Source: Camelus ferus (taxonomy: Eukaryota). From it: DNA of 64,000 bases. The notes under the pieces were generated by a model. That model made no database searches, was not told where the DNA came from, and saw only the letters and a program-made list of their open reading frames with translations. The position numbers were made by a program, and so were the translations under genes. This document shows, piece after piece, positions 1 to 13,500 of the stretch (position 1 is its first letter; each line of letters begins with the position of its first letter). The stretch lies in assembly GCF_009834535.1 (NCBI RefSeq), contig NC_045696.1, forward strand, positions 38,814,001 to 38,878,000. The letters are read 5' to 3'.

Positions 1-59
1 CCTGTCTTAAGCCCTTTGTGACATGCTGGGAACTAGTCCCAGGCTCCATTATGTCTTTC

Positions 60-270
60 TCTTTCATATCATCCATTTTACTGATTTTATATTACATTGT
101 AAAGTATCTCATTTATTTTTCAAATATTTATTTTCTGTCTCCCTGCCTCCAACTAAATATAGTTACAGCCAGAGCAGACACCTTTCTCTTTTGTTCCCAC
201 TTTCACTCTAGCCATTAGAGCAATGACTGGCCCATGGTAGATGTTAAATGAGTCTTGTTTGAATGAGTGA
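60..270 (+). mobile_element. LINE-2 3' end fragment
   Basis: ttttctgtctccc...agagcaatgactggcccatggtagatgttaaatg...tgaatgagtga resembles the L2 3' terminus; highly diverged. Confidence 0.55.
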
Positions 271-1234
271 CCTTGGGGATTCAGCCAGGATCTCCTAGAA
301 GAGATGATACTGATCATGAAAAGCTTAGGTGACGAAAGACTGGAAGGGCATTCCTGGGAGAGGGAAGCGTATAAACAAACCACCTTAGACGTGAAATAAC
401 ATGTTGTAGGGGTGAATTAAATACACATACACAAAAATTGAATCAGAATAGGATATGAGACTAGAGATAAATGCAAAGGTCATGCCTTTATATTGAATAC
501 TATATTTTATTCTGTCTTTGAAGGTCTCTGAAGGGTTTTCAGCAAATGAATGAGAGGTTAATCTCTGTGTTTCCAGAAATTTTGAATATATTTGTTTAAA
601 ATAACCCAAAACATTGTTTAGACAATAATGTGATGACTTCAGGACAACATAGCACTCAAATCCTACATTTGCCCTGAGCACAGACTAAGTACTTGAGCTC
701 AACCTAAGATGAATGGACACCAAGAAGTTTAAAGTATTTGTGGGGCACAACCATAAGTCAGGATTTTGAAAGCCATTGTTAAGAGCTATCATTACTGTGG
801 GGACACAATGCGGCATGCCAGTGACTGCTGAGATCTGATGGACGTTGTGCTCCAGGGTCTGAGAGAGAGAATCTGGTGGAGCTCTGTGGTTTTGGAAATA
901 GCAGGCATTATTATGTATAGCTCTCAGAAGCCACCTTCCCATCAGACTCACCCTCTCTGTCACTTAGAGGTTAAGCTCCTTGTTTCTTAGCAGTCAGGTT
1001 GAGAGAGCAAAGAAAAAGAATGAAGACAAACTGAATTTCAGTTACTAAGCTCTGAGATGCAGTGTGCAAATATGCCACATTCGCTCTCTTTCGTTTGTAA
1101 TCTGCCTTCCTGGGAAAAAAAAAAACATATGTCATAAAAAAAATTCAGTTTCTTTTTGATTAATCTCTAGAAGGCAGCCCAAAGATATTAAATCTCAGAG
1201 CTCTCACATTTTTCCTCCTCCCCTCATAAACAAT

Positions 1235-1350
1235 TCAATTCAATTGGAATTAATATTTATTGAGTGCTGACACCAGGCATGGCAGTATAGTAGATGCTGT
1301 GATAGAACTGCTACAAATAAACAGGAGAAAACCAGTGTCCTACCTTGAAA
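1235..1350 (-). mobile_element. LINE-2 3' end fragment
   Basis: ttcaattcaa...aatatttattgagtgct...caggcatggcagtatagtagatgctg is the reverse of an L2 tail. Confidence 0.55.
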
Positions 1351-1850
1351 AAAAGAGAAAGCAGCCTTTTTTCTTCAAGGCAATAGAAATAATGTAGCGA
1401 CAGCAACCAGTGCACTACAAGATAATATTAAAGGTTATTTAATTCAGTCACCGTTTATTAACCATTCACCATATTCAAGAAAACCAATATATCCTAAACC
1501 ACACTTAAGGAGGCTATGTTGACAAGGACTAGAAAGAGGAATGTAGATTTTGTTTGAAGGAGAGAACTGCACCATTTATTGAGAAACAGATTTTTGCCAT
1601 ACCTCACGTGTGAATAAGTGGGACTATTCTCTCAGCCAGATGTAGATAAATAGACCCTCATTTGTTGGCTTCTCTGGAGTGTTCTTATTTGTCTGTTTGT
1701 TGTTTGTTTTGGTTTAATGGTCTCAAAGTTCTTTTATACTTTGCTTTATTAAGCTAAATTTTGCTGCCCAAACCAGCTCAGACTGAGTCATTATGGCAAA
1801 CTTTGGGCCAGCTATTTTTTAGATAACTCCAATTAATAATACAAGTTCTA

Positions 1851-2055
1851 GGTTTACAAATGTTAACCACTATATATAAAAATAGATTTTTGAAAAAGTT
1901 CTTCTGTATAGCACAGGGAACTATATTCAATATCTTATAATAAACTTTAATGAAAAAAATATGAAAATAATATATGTATGTATATCCATGACTGGAGCAT
2001 TGTGCTGTACATCAGAAATTGACACATTGTAACTGATTATACTTCATTAAAAAAA
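1851..2055 (+). mobile_element. 5'-truncated L1 3'UTR (camelid/artiodactyl type)
   Basis: ctgtatagcacagggaactatattcaatatctt...gctgtacatcagaaattgacacattgtaactgattatacttca followed by an A tail. Confidence 0.8.
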
Positions 2056-3690
2056 GACTTACTGTAAAACTATAGTCATCAAGACAGTGTGGTATGGGTG
2101 AAAGAATAGACAAATGGAATAATGGAACAGAATAAAGAGACTGTGATAAACATTGTCAACTGGTCTTTGACAAGTGGAACAAAATAGTTTTTTCAACAAA
2201 TGGTGCTGGAACAATTGGACATCCACATGTTAAAAAAAAAAATCCAGACACAGAACGTTACACCCTTCACAAAAATTAACTCAAAATAAATCACAAATCT
2301 AAATGTGAAATGCAAAATCATTAAACTCCCAGGAGGCAATATGGGAGAAAACCTAGATGACATTGGATATGGCAAGGACTTTTTAGATACAACACCAAAG
2401 GCACCATACAAGAAAGAAATTATTGATAAGCTGGAGTTACAAGGATGTAATGTATAGTGCAGAAAATATAGTCAGTATTTCTAATAACTTTCAGGGAGTG
2501 TAATCTATAAAAATATTGAATTACTATGTTGTACACCTGAAACTAATATAATATTGTAAATCAACTATACTTCAATTTTTCTTTTAAAAAAAGCAAGCTA
2601 AAAGAAAACCAAAGACAATGGAAAGAAAAAAATAACGAAAAGGCTGAAGACTTTAACAGGCACCTCACAATAGAAGATATATAGGTAGCAAATAAGCATA
2701 TGAAAAGATTCTCCTCATCATAAGTCATCAGGGAAATGCAAATTAAAATTAGATACCACTGTGCTTCTATTAGAATAGCCAAAATCAGTAACGCTGACAA
2801 CACCAAATTTTGATGAGGATGTGGAGCAATAAGAACTCTCCTTCATTGCTGGTGGGAATGCAAAATGGTACAGCCACTTTGGAAGACAGTTTGGCAGTTT
2901 CTTACAAAACTAAACATACTCTTACCATATGATCCAGCTATTTCTCTCCTTGGTATTTTCCCAAAGGAGTTGAAAACTTATGTCCACATAAAAGCCTGCA
3001 GCTATAAATTGCTATAAACATGCTATAAACAGGGATATTTATAGCAGCTTTATAATTGCCAAAACTTAGAAGCAACCAAGATGTCCTTCAGTAGGTGAAT
3101 GGGTAAATAAACTGCATACCCAGACAGTGGAATATTATTCAGCACTAAAATATTGAGCTCTCAAGCCATGAAAATGCATGGAGGAATCTTAAATGCATAT
3201 TACTAAGTGAAAGAAGTCAATCTGAAAAGGCTACATACTGATTCTGACTATATGACGTTCTGGAAAAGATAAAACTATGGAGACCATAAAAAGATCAGTG
3301 GTTGCCAGAGGGGTTAGTGGGGAGAGGTGATGAATAGGTGGAACACATGATTTTTAGAGCAGTGAAAATACTGTTATTGATATATGATATTATACATATT
3401 TAGCACATGATACTGTAACACTGAGTGCATGTCATTATAAACTTGTCCAAACCCATAGAATGTACACCACCAAGAATGAACCTTAATGTTCAAACCATGG
3501 AATTTGGGTGATTATGATTTGTCATTGTAGGTTGGTTTATGAGTTGTAACAAATGTGCCATTCTGATAAAGGATGTAGGGAGGCTATGCATGTGTAGGGG
3601 CAGAAGAGATATGGGAAATCTCTCTACCTTCCTCTTAATTCTGCCATGAACCTAAAATTGCTCTTAAAAAATGAAGTCTTTTTTTTTTTA
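2056..3690 (+). mobile_element. Old L1 (L1MC1/2-like) ORF2 end and 3'UTR, interrupted at ~2436-2600
   Basis: Decayed ORF2 motifs (aagacagtgtggta, ggtgggaatgcaaaatggtacagccactttgga); ends gaacctaaaattgctcttaaaaaatgaagtc like L1MC1. Confidence 0.8.
2436..2600 (+). mobile_element. Short L1 3' end nested in the L1MC
   Basis: gatgtaatgtatagt...ctatgttgtacacctgaaactaatataatattgtaaatcaactatacttcaat, an L1MA9/Laurasiatherian-type terminus. Confidence 0.75.
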
Positions 3691-3889
3691 AAGAAATAAC
3701 TTGGTCTTTGTACAACCCTCAGAACAAGATAGGAAATTAAATTTCAACCTGATGTTAAGTAACTATTTCTCTTCATGACCTAGAAGTTTGTGTTGCCAAT
3801 TGATTTCTTAGGAAAATGAGAGGAGAGTTTTCTGACTTGTTAAAATTACAAAGACTACATATAAGTTTTTATTAAATAATAACTATTAT

Positions 3890-4000
3890 TAAAATAAATG
3901 GGCTGCACCATGTGTTCTGTATGTGATTCTCACTACGATACTGAGTTAGATTACTCTATTCTCGTTGTACAGATAAGGAAACTGAGACACTTGTTTATTG
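3890..4000 (-). mobile_element. MIR fragment
   Basis: Reverse MIR core acagataaggaaactgagac. Confidence 0.6.
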
Positions 4001-4957
4001 TTTACAGATCACCCATTAATACTGTCTACTATACAGAAATTATGCATTGACAAGAACTGTGATACCAGGCAACTTCAATTACTAATATGTAAAGGAAACA
4101 TCTCTTTAAACTTAGTGTAATCCTTTCTAGGCCCAAAGAATTTATGCTTTCAGTTCTACTCAAAGGCTTTGAGATTCCTAATAGGGGAGAGGTAGGTAGG
4201 GTACATGATAGAAAAGGCAGATCTCATCCAACAGTGAACTGTCTAGGAAGACAGAGTGGAAACATAGAGCTAATAACACCAGAGATTTTCTTTGTAAGGT
4301 TATCTTTCATACATTAATTATACAGAAGAGCCTGCTTAAATGGATATGCTTGTTGTAGAATCTTTCTTTTAAGAGGGGGTTCTTTTCCTTACTCTGCACT
4401 TAAGTTGGGAAATACTGTCAGAGAGCTATCAGGGAGATAAGTTGATATAGTAAGACAAAGTTCAAGTTGTTTGCAGTATGAGCTTATTCTTTTAACTGAC
4501 CAATGAGTCATCATTGTATAGGAAACTGTCACTGTGCTATGGTCAAATCATCCCTGTGTTTAAGCTACTCTACAGTTTTAAGTCATACATCCATGAAAAC
4601 TGCTCTAACTTTGCAAATTTTAAGATACTCTTAATGTATGCTTCTCCCACACTGTATAAAGTAATAAAGTCCTCTAGTGTCTTACTAGATATTAATTTTT
4701 AATATCATTCGTAAATAAATGTTACCTGATGTGTAAAACCAGCTTGAGAATCTTTTGTGTTTCTCTATAACCCCATTAATAACAAAAAATCTCCAAATAA
4801 CTAAGTAGAATATGCATTATTTTCAAACTTAAACTATTTTTATTTTCGTTTTCTCTACTACCTGTACTATTGCACTATTTGTATCTGGTCTTATTGGTAT
4901 GCACACCTTACATAATGACAATTGGAAAATTTTCCTTTTTAAAAAAGTCATTTCTAT

Positions 4958-5200
4958 ATAGAAAACAAACTTATGGTTACCAAATGAAAGAGTAAAGGGG
5001 TGAGGGACAAATTGGGGGAATGGGATTAATAGATACAAACTACTGTATATAAAATAGGTAATCAACAAGGGAATGCTGTATACCATCATCTTGTAATGAC
5101 CTATACTGGAATCTGATTTGCTAAAACACTAAATCACTATGCTGTACATCTCACACTAACACAATATTGTAAATCAGTTGTACCTAAGTTTAAAAATATA
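4958..5200 (+). mobile_element. 5'-truncated L1 3'UTR (artiodactyl type)
   Basis: agaaaacaaacttatggttaccaaa...gggattaatagatacaaactactgtatataaaatag...cactaacacaatattgtaaatc. Confidence 0.8.
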
Positions 5201-5370
5201 TTATTTTTAAGTCAAAGGGAGGGGCATAAGTAGTCAAGGGATTGATTACTACATACCAGTGCTGTTCTTGACTTGTTAATTCATATGATTTCTTTTAATT
5301 TTCCCAACTGGAAGCTAAAATAGGGCTGTTTCAGTCAGTTGCCAACAACTTTCTTTCCATTTGTTCTGGA

Positions 5371-5640
5371 CAGTTGTCCCTGTGTGTCATGGGAGATTTG
5401 TTCTAGGACCCGCCCCAGGTACAATAATATGCAGGTGCTTCCGTGCCTTAGTCAGCCCCGTGTATCTGCGGATTCTGCATCCTCAGATAACAACCAACCG
5501 AGGATCAAAAACATTGTATTGTACATGGTCTGCGGTTGGTGGAGGCCGTGGATGTGGAGGGCCAGCTGTGTATTTATTGAAAAAGTTAAGATATAAGTGG
5601 ACCTGTGAGGTTCAAACCTGTGTTGTTCAAGGGTCAACTG
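5371..5640 (+). mobile_element. Complete MER8-like Tigger (TcMar) non-autonomous DNA transposon
   Basis: Terminal inverted repeats cagttgtccct / agggtcaactg; TA on the right flank; end ataagtggacc...gttcaaacctgtgttgttcaagggtcaactg matches the recalled MER8/Tigger2 terminus. Confidence 0.8.
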
Positions 5641-6148
5641 TATAAGGAAAGAATGGAAAAATCCAGTTATTTGCTGTTGGCGTATTTTTTTTTCCCTCAT
5701 TCTCCTACAACTTTCCTAAACTTGTTTTGTTTATGCAATTTTTCTTTTTCTCTGAGTGATCATTTTTCACCATATTTCCAGTTATCACACAGCTTTCATC
5801 CAATCCTAGGTTTTGCTGCCCTTCTGCCCACCTGTACAGCTGGTTGGGAGCTCGCTACTATGGAAAGTTAATTCTCTTTTCTCAGTAGTCATTGCTGTTA
5901 CCCTCCTTGATTTTCATTCCCTTTTGTAACTTAAAGGTTTTGAAATCATCTTTTTTTCTGGAAGTTGATTTGGTTGATTCTCCTCTATCCTTTGTCCTCC
6001 GTCATCACTTCAAGCTAGATTTTGCTTTCCTTTAAATCTCAAACAGATTTTTACCCTTGGTTATGAAGATAGTCGATGATCAGCAAACTTGATGCTTATA
6101 TTCATTGGATCCAGTACAATAAATTCAAGGTTTTTATTTAATACTGTT

Positions 6149-6190
6149 CACACACATACACACACACAGCTTGCGTGCATGCACATACAC
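6149..6190. repeat. Imperfect (CA)n microsatellite
   Basis: cacacacatacacacacacagcttgcgtgcatgcacatacac. Confidence 0.8.
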
Positions 6191-6213
6191 TACAATAAAG
6201 AAAATCTATGTAA

Positions 6214-6495
<282 letters not shown>

Positions 6496-8369
6496 TAATG
6501 TCATTAGAGTAATCCTGGCTTTGTCTTCCTAATTTTCTGCTCTCATTCATCATTTTCCCAAGTTAACAACTTTATCTAATTGAGAAGTATTCATTTTATC
6601 TGAGTGCGTGGTTTAAAAAGAATTGGTATATTTGACTGTTTTCTTTCTTCCACTGTGTGGGGACTGTCACATCATGCTTGAGGTCTATGTCATGACAGCA
6701 CTCACAAAAATCTGCCTTCACCTGAGGTATTTTTGATGCATCGATAATTATCTCCTTTACATGGCATTTTGTACAGGCCAGTGGTGCCATCAATTAAGTC
6801 AGTGATAGTGAAAAAACAGCGGTTATAAAATGACAATTTCTTTCTCATAGCAAATGTTATGGAATGATCTGATCATACTTAAAAATGAACAACATAGGTT
6901 TCTCTGGAGACATAGGAATACACTTTAAACCTTTTTCTGAATGGTAATTGGGGAATATATGACCAGGAATAGAAGGTAAAACTTTAGAACCAAACTATCC
7001 TCTGTAAATTATATGATCTCAGCTTAACTCATGAACCAATTTATTCCACTTGTCTCTTTGATTATTATTTCAAGGAGTTAAGCCTCAAAGTCTCTCTTCA
7101 CCTGTCAAAAAGCTTCACCATTATTCTTTTTTTAAACAAAACTCTCACCATTGACTCATTTGATAGTCCGCTTCAATGAAAAGTAAGTCAGTAAAACTAA
7201 TCCAAGATGTTTTTATTCTCTTCTGTTTTTCTGATTTTACACATTATTTTAAAAGAGGCAAATCTTTTAATTAATTCTCTTTTATTTCATTTTCTATGAG
7301 ATTTTTTGAAACTTCACTGTATTCAAGCTGCTCTAGAATGGATGAAAATTTAATATTAGGCACAAAACATCTTATGCCCTTACTATGTTTGCTTTGTAAA
7401 AATCCTTTATATTAATTTATTGATGATATTTTCATGATTTTCTCCAAGAAAGAAATACAGTTCTAAGGAAGATAAATTAATTTCTCAGAGTCTAATATAT
7501 AAGGTATAAGATCTATTGATCTTTTAATTTGACCAAAAAGCTTCATAAAAATAAAAATCTGTCAAATTTGAAACTAAATTGTTCATTTTAGAAAAAGGAT
7601 TGTTTTCAATTCCATTTCTAATTGGAAAATATCATAATTATTTTCTTTTTTCTCAAAGCTTTTATTTTCTCCTCTTTTATTTTTTATAAATGTAATACTT
7701 GAAGCAACTTTTCGAGTTATAGAGCAATTCATGTAGGATTTTTCCATTATGTGTATTATTTCCAACCTTAGAAAATAATGTTTAAAGTTATTATGTATCA
7801 TAAAACACAAAGTTTGTAAAAATTGCAATCTACTAAAAGAACAAAATAAGATAGGAAATAATGAATAGTACAGGAAGTAACTACGAGGCTCCTTGGTGTA
7901 TACCTGTATAGATATACTTGAAATCCTTTATTAAATAATATTTTAACTGCCTTTTTTTAAATGGGAAGCTCATAACTAAATTTAAAATACTAATAAAATT
8001 GGCAGGGTAACCCAAATCTTGAAGCATATATAGATTTTGTTGGGTCAGATTTGACATCCAGATTCTAGGCATGTTCAGTCATATATGATTATAGAAACAG
8101 ACAGGCCTGGAACAGTGATGTCTTAATTTAAATATGACTATTGAATTAAACATCAAATTAGGTAACCAGAGAATAAGACTCCAAAAAATACCCCTAAAAA
8201 GCTATAGATTCTATCTTGATTAAGAAATAAGTCTCTGATTTTGAGGTATCAATCAAATGGTAAATAATGTAACCAAGTACTTAAAAAAAACACTCAGAAA
8301 TATCTAACTGCTCAAAGGATCCTGGGGTGCAAAATATCATACACTGATTACTTGACTTTCTAATGAGCG

Positions 8370-9120
8370 TGGACATTCATCTTGCCTTCAAAGAGCTTTT
8401 TCCCCTTTGACTAGGTAGACAGACTCATGCTTCTTTGCTATTCAGTGCATTAAGTATTGTTGTAAGGCTCTGTAAAAGAAATATGGAAGTTTCAGAAAAC
8501 AGAGGTCTGGGGAAAGCATCACAAAAAAGATAAAATTTGAACCAAATACTAAAAGATTTCATTAGGCAGACAGTAGAAGAAAAGGTCCAGATAGAGGAAA
8601 CAGAGAAAAAGACACAGCAATTTGAGGAAGTGGATGGACATACTGATGCAAAGTGTGAACAGTTTGGAATGAGGGTGAGAAGAAGATGGGCCAGGTTTCT
8701 TAGGAATAATTGTGAAGGTAGTGAGATGACAATTCAAGAAATTTGAAGGTTTTTCTATAGTAATGAAGAGACAGAAATTGATAGATTTAAATAGAGGAAT
8801 AATAAAAATGCATGCCTATTTTAGTAAGTATTATTGAAACAGTGTCAAGGAAGGCTTGAAGGACAGGAGGACTGGTAACAGAGAATAGTTAGGGCCTTAT
8901 TGCTGTAGACCATAAAGGTCATATGGCTTTAATAAGGACAGTGGTAGTTGGAATAAGGAGAAGGGGAGAAAACTGAAAATTGTCATGAATGTACAATTTA
9001 CATGACTCAGTAACTAACTAGATACAAATTATAAAGATGAAGAAGGATTTAAAGATAACACCAATATTTCTAGATTGAACAACTAGTTGACTGGAGATGT
9101 TTTATTAATCAAGACAAGAG
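8370..9120 (-). mobile_element. LINE-2 internal/3' fragment, highly diverged
   Basis: Purine-rich reverse-L2 motifs (cttgccttcaaagagctt, aagataacaccaatatttctagattgaacaactagttg). Confidence 0.5.
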
Positions 9121-9837
9121 TTCCTGTTAGCAATGGCTTGGCTAATAGCATTAAATTACAAAGCAAAATTATAACAAAAGGTTACAGGTACTCTGTCTCA
9201 AACTCAACAAGATAATGCCTGATTGAACTTTGTCATTCTGTTGCAATTTTGTATAAAAATTTTAGGACTTCATGTAAATGTACTTTTTCTAGTTCCTGTT
9301 AAAAGGAATGAGATAGTTATAAAACTTGACTGCCTGGTGAATATATGCCTCAATACAAGCAAACCCTATAAAATAAAATACAGAAGAAGAATGGTCATTT
9401 ATATGAAAATGATTCTTTGCTTTATAAAAACATTAACATGAAAATAAATAGCAAGCTCTCTTGATACATTTTTTTAAAGTATGATTCCATTTTTAAAGTC
9501 TTAACTGTATATAACTTTCTTGAAACATATCTTTTACCTTAAATTATTCTGATTCTTTCTCTTGCTGTGTAAGTATAATTGCTATTTCCTTGTTTCTTTA
9601 TAAACGTTTTTATAATCTGCATCACAAAGGGTTTGGAGGAAAGGGAGGCTTTGTAAATGGTTTTAAAAACAGGACAACATCATGGATAAAGTGGTGTTTT
9701 TTGTTTTGTTTTGTGTTTTTGGAATCTTCAAGAAAATAGTTCTTAAAACAGTATGCCGCATTGAAACTATCCTTTCTGAGACAAAATAGGGGCAGAATAA
9801 ATAGACATTTTCCTTTAAGGTGACTTTGCCAATTTAG

Positions 9838-10033
9838 AGAGCACATATCACAGCAAAGAGCAGTAAGAATTAGTTAAAAGACAGGCTGGAAAGATGGAGT
9901 GACCAGTATGACTCCAGTACTGGCTAATGTACTGAACTGGTCAGCATGTGATAGGTGAGCAGAATGGCCATTGGAGCCAGACTGGCCAGACCAGAAAGGA
10001 ATATGACAAGAGAGATTGCTCTGCCAACAATTA
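9838..10033 (+). pseudogene. EPHA6: Decayed homologue of an alternative exon of human short EPHA6 isoforms (possible poison exon)
   Basis: With frameshifts reads ...HSKEQ*ELVK / DRLERWSDQYDSSTG*CTELVSM**VSRMAIGAR / GQTRKEYDKRD, matching the recalled human insert RPTNHNKEQSELVKEDGLESLCEQCESSSGYGTGLVLMWKRNRRAMGASGQTRKQCDKRDNPPT; AG at 9836-9837, GTGAGT at 10034. Confidence 0.6.
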
Positions 10034-10469
10034 GTGAGTCCTTTAGTGCCCTATTCAGAAGACCTATACATGTAATATATGAAAATGTATTGTCTACACT
10101 ATAAAATACACTAAAGTAAATAAAAGGATGAGATTTACAAGTGGTCATAAGTAGAAATTGTAGTATTTCTTCCTGCAACTTAAGAGTGTTTTTGCATGTC
10201 CCACTTCAAGTCTAAGACAATTCATTCAGCATGTATTCAACACAGTTGATTATGGAGCTACCACGTTTAAAGGCTCTGTTCCTTGGAAGGCCAATTACCA
10301 AAAATAAAAGGATTCTTGAGAATAGATGGCTGTACGGAGAGAGAACCAAGAGTAACCAAACAAGTGAAGTGTAATAAAACCGATAGATGTGTGGACACCA
10401 AGAGTGGGCAGTGCAGCATGAAAAGCAACAGAAGTAGCAGATTTTCTTGGTAAGCCTTGTAATAAAATC

Positions 10470-10590
10470 AAGCCTTTGCAAAGGGACCTTAAGTACTGAT
10501 GGCATGAAGCCTTTGCAAAGGGACCTTAGTACTGATGGCATGAAGCCTTTGCAAAGCATTTGCAAAGGGACCTTAAGTACTGATGGCATG
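10470..10590. repeat. Tandem repeat, 37-bp unit x ~3.3
   Basis: aagcctttgcaaagggaccttaagtactgatggcatg at 10470, 10507 (1-nt deletion), partial at 10543, and 10554 (1 substitution). Confidence 0.95.
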
Positions 10591-13500
10591 AAAACCAAGA
10601 AGTATGCATTGTGGACTAAAGAAAGAAGGGAAAAAAAGGCACAAAAATAGGACCTAGAGGAGGCCTGAGAGGCCTTGCTTTTACATGACAATTCTGTGCA
10701 GAGCCTACCAGGCACACAGGGAGGGGAGACTGGTGAATGATTATGAACCACACCTAACAATACATATACAATCAGTGATATGTGGCTAACAATCTGCACA
10801 GAATTTACTGAGTTTGGACTATTCTCATTTGATTACATGGTCTCCTTTCTGGTTATGATTTAAGTGCTAGGAAATCTTTTCCTTTACTGAATCTGACACA
10901 CATTCACGTGGACAATTGTTTTATACTCAGTTTCAGAGAAGGGACTCTCTCTTATTTGAATATTGCTAAGCAACCAGTCTTAAACTTACACTGAAAATGT
11001 TAAGCCTCTTTTTTCTCAGTTATAGAAATGAGGCTCTGTTTACCTAAAAAGAACATTAAAAGATAAATTATGGCACACTCTTACCTGTTTTAAGAGATAA
11101 ATTGTATTTAAAATACGTATAATGGCAGTTACTGTTCAGAATTTTTTTTAATTATAACGAGTAACCCTATGCCTTGTATTTTAAAGATCAAAACAAAATG
11201 GAAGAATCACTTTATCACAATATCTGCTGAAAATTATAAAATTCCTTGATTCTAACTTTCCATTATGTTTATTTTGTGTTACTCAAGATAAATTTTGCTT
11301 TTTTCTTTCTTAGTTGGCAGCATGTTACTTATAAGAAAGCACTTATTTCTGTATTAGTACTTTCTTAGTTGAAGTACAAAGTCTCCTTATTGACCACACA
11401 TAATCTGCAAAATCACAGTTATGTTAACATCATAATTCTAGTTACTTTGCATTCATAAGACTTCTCCAACTCTTCACCTCCCCTAGTCCACATAAGATAT
11501 GAGGGAAGTCAATCTAAGGAAACACAATCTATACCCAACATGGAGATAATTATAGCAAATAATGGAGCAGCATAAGTGGCATATATTTCCATGTATGTTC
11601 TGAAGTTGAGGGAAGATCTGAGCAACCTTCCTCCTTTGCTAATTCAAATGTTTCTAAATTAGCTTGACTTTTTTGACATGAATTTTTAAATCTTGAGACA
11701 CATCCAGCTTTAAGAATAAGTATTTTTAATAAAAGTGTGATAAAACTTATTTTGGATCTTAACTATTCTGCCTTTAAGTGCTTTAATTTACTTTGTTAAT
11801 GGCTGAGATTTGCCTGGAGATGATGCTTAACCAGCTAGTAAAACATACACAGAATTTTCGCTCACTTCTGTCTCTTTTAAATAAAAGAATTACTGTAAAA
11901 AGTTACACAGTAAGAATTTTTTTAAAATACTGTCCATCAAGTCATTGACGGTAGAGGTGACACTGTGATAAGATACACCACGTGGTAGAAGGCATCTTAC
12001 ACTAAGTCTGCATAGGTGAACCAGGGCCAGCCTGAAGAATGACTTTTACTTCAGTTGTTCCTTAAGATTTAACCAAGCAGAAAGTGGAAGTGATATGCAC
12101 AGCTTCGGGCACAAAGGCAGACACTGGGGTAGAGGACTGTGAAACCTATGAGCCCCCCAAAAGCTACATATCATTAGCATAAATGGAATATAAGAATAGT
12201 CTTCTGCACAAAATTCAATGAAAAATTCAGGTAAAGGAAATGACAGTTTCTTCTAGGCAAATGTAATTCAGCAGCCTGAATTTAAAGGAAAAAAGTGAGA
12301 AAAATAGCAGTGTTATCAGAAGGCTGTAATGTGAAGATTTAAGTAACTTCTTTTTCAATAAAAAGATGGCGAACAAATAAACCTTGGAAGAATGAAAAAC
12401 AGTAAAATCCTGGCTTGATAAACCAAATTCATCTCTGAGACGGGAGCTGCTCCACTTGGGGAAAACAACAAAATGATTCTTCCCAAAAAACAGTTCTCAC
12501 TTGACAGATACTATGATAGCAGTCAGTCAAACTCAGTCACATATATAGACCATTATAATTAGTTGAAGAGGAAGAAATTGATGTGCCAATATTAACTTTC
12601 CTAAATTCAAAGGGAAAAAGTACCCTTGAACCGGCAAGTGTTTGTTTGATGGACTAATTCAGGAGTGGAAAATCTGACAGTTTTATTTATCTTTGTCAAT
12701 ATAAACTTTTTGTAAAGGAAATTCTAATGACCTAATGCATAAAAACTATATTCTAAGGAATATAGTTCACACTTTGAGCCCAAATGCCAGAAAGCAAATC
12801 CACAACAGTGGAGACGAAAGGGCAACAAAGCTTTATACTAAACCAGGAGAATGTGAGCAAGACTATTCAATAATTGTTCAAAAGGTGAGCGTCTACATAC
12901 CAGCTTGGATCACAGACCGAGAGACCCAAAATCTTCATCGCAGTTGTCTGGGACAGTGGTGTCAGAGGGCACAGACTTCTTTGAAGTGGACTAGTTGGGT
13001 GAATTGACAGTGGCAAATCTTGAGCATAAGAAGGAAATGGGAATCAATCAGCAATATTAGAGGAGATTAGTATCTAAGAAGTGATTTGCTAAAAAAGTCT
13101 CATTTCTGAAGCTTAGGAAGCAAGGGTTTGGGATCATTACAGAGCTGTTGGTAGTAAAATAAATGAAAAAGGTTTGAAGCTTGTCAAACACAGAGTAGAA
13201 AGGACTGTGCAGACAGACAGCTCTATCAGAACACTTGAAGCTCGAGAGGACCATCGACTTCAGTCATGCATCCCATTAAGAAGCCAAGCCATGCTTTGGG
13301 AGAATCTCCATCTATCATTTGTGCAAAGCTTGTACAAAAGCATATCCTTTGTAGTTGTAAGCCCTGTCTCTTTCCAATGTGCATTTTTTAAAAAGGACGC
13401 TAAGGCCTTAGACGTGGGGAGGCATTATTGAAGACAAGAGGTCACTGAAAAACTTCCTGTTTAGCTCTCAAGGCTTAGGGTAACTTACAAGTAGTTTTCT

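Noticed and set aside
10470..10590. 37-bp palindrome-containing direct repeats as a CRISPR array
   Set aside because: Units abut with no unique spacers, there are no cas genes, and the context is a mammalian intron.
10212..10799. 195-aa minus-strand ORF as a gene
   Set aside because: No recognisable domain, non-ATG start, and its length is inflated by the tandem repeat (repeated FMPSVL).
11450..12240. Homologue of the recalled human terminal exon DLFQTLTLNLCYSA
   Set aside because: Only short, inconsistent partial matches (e.g. cttaactattctgcc near 11758); no convincing alignment by eye.
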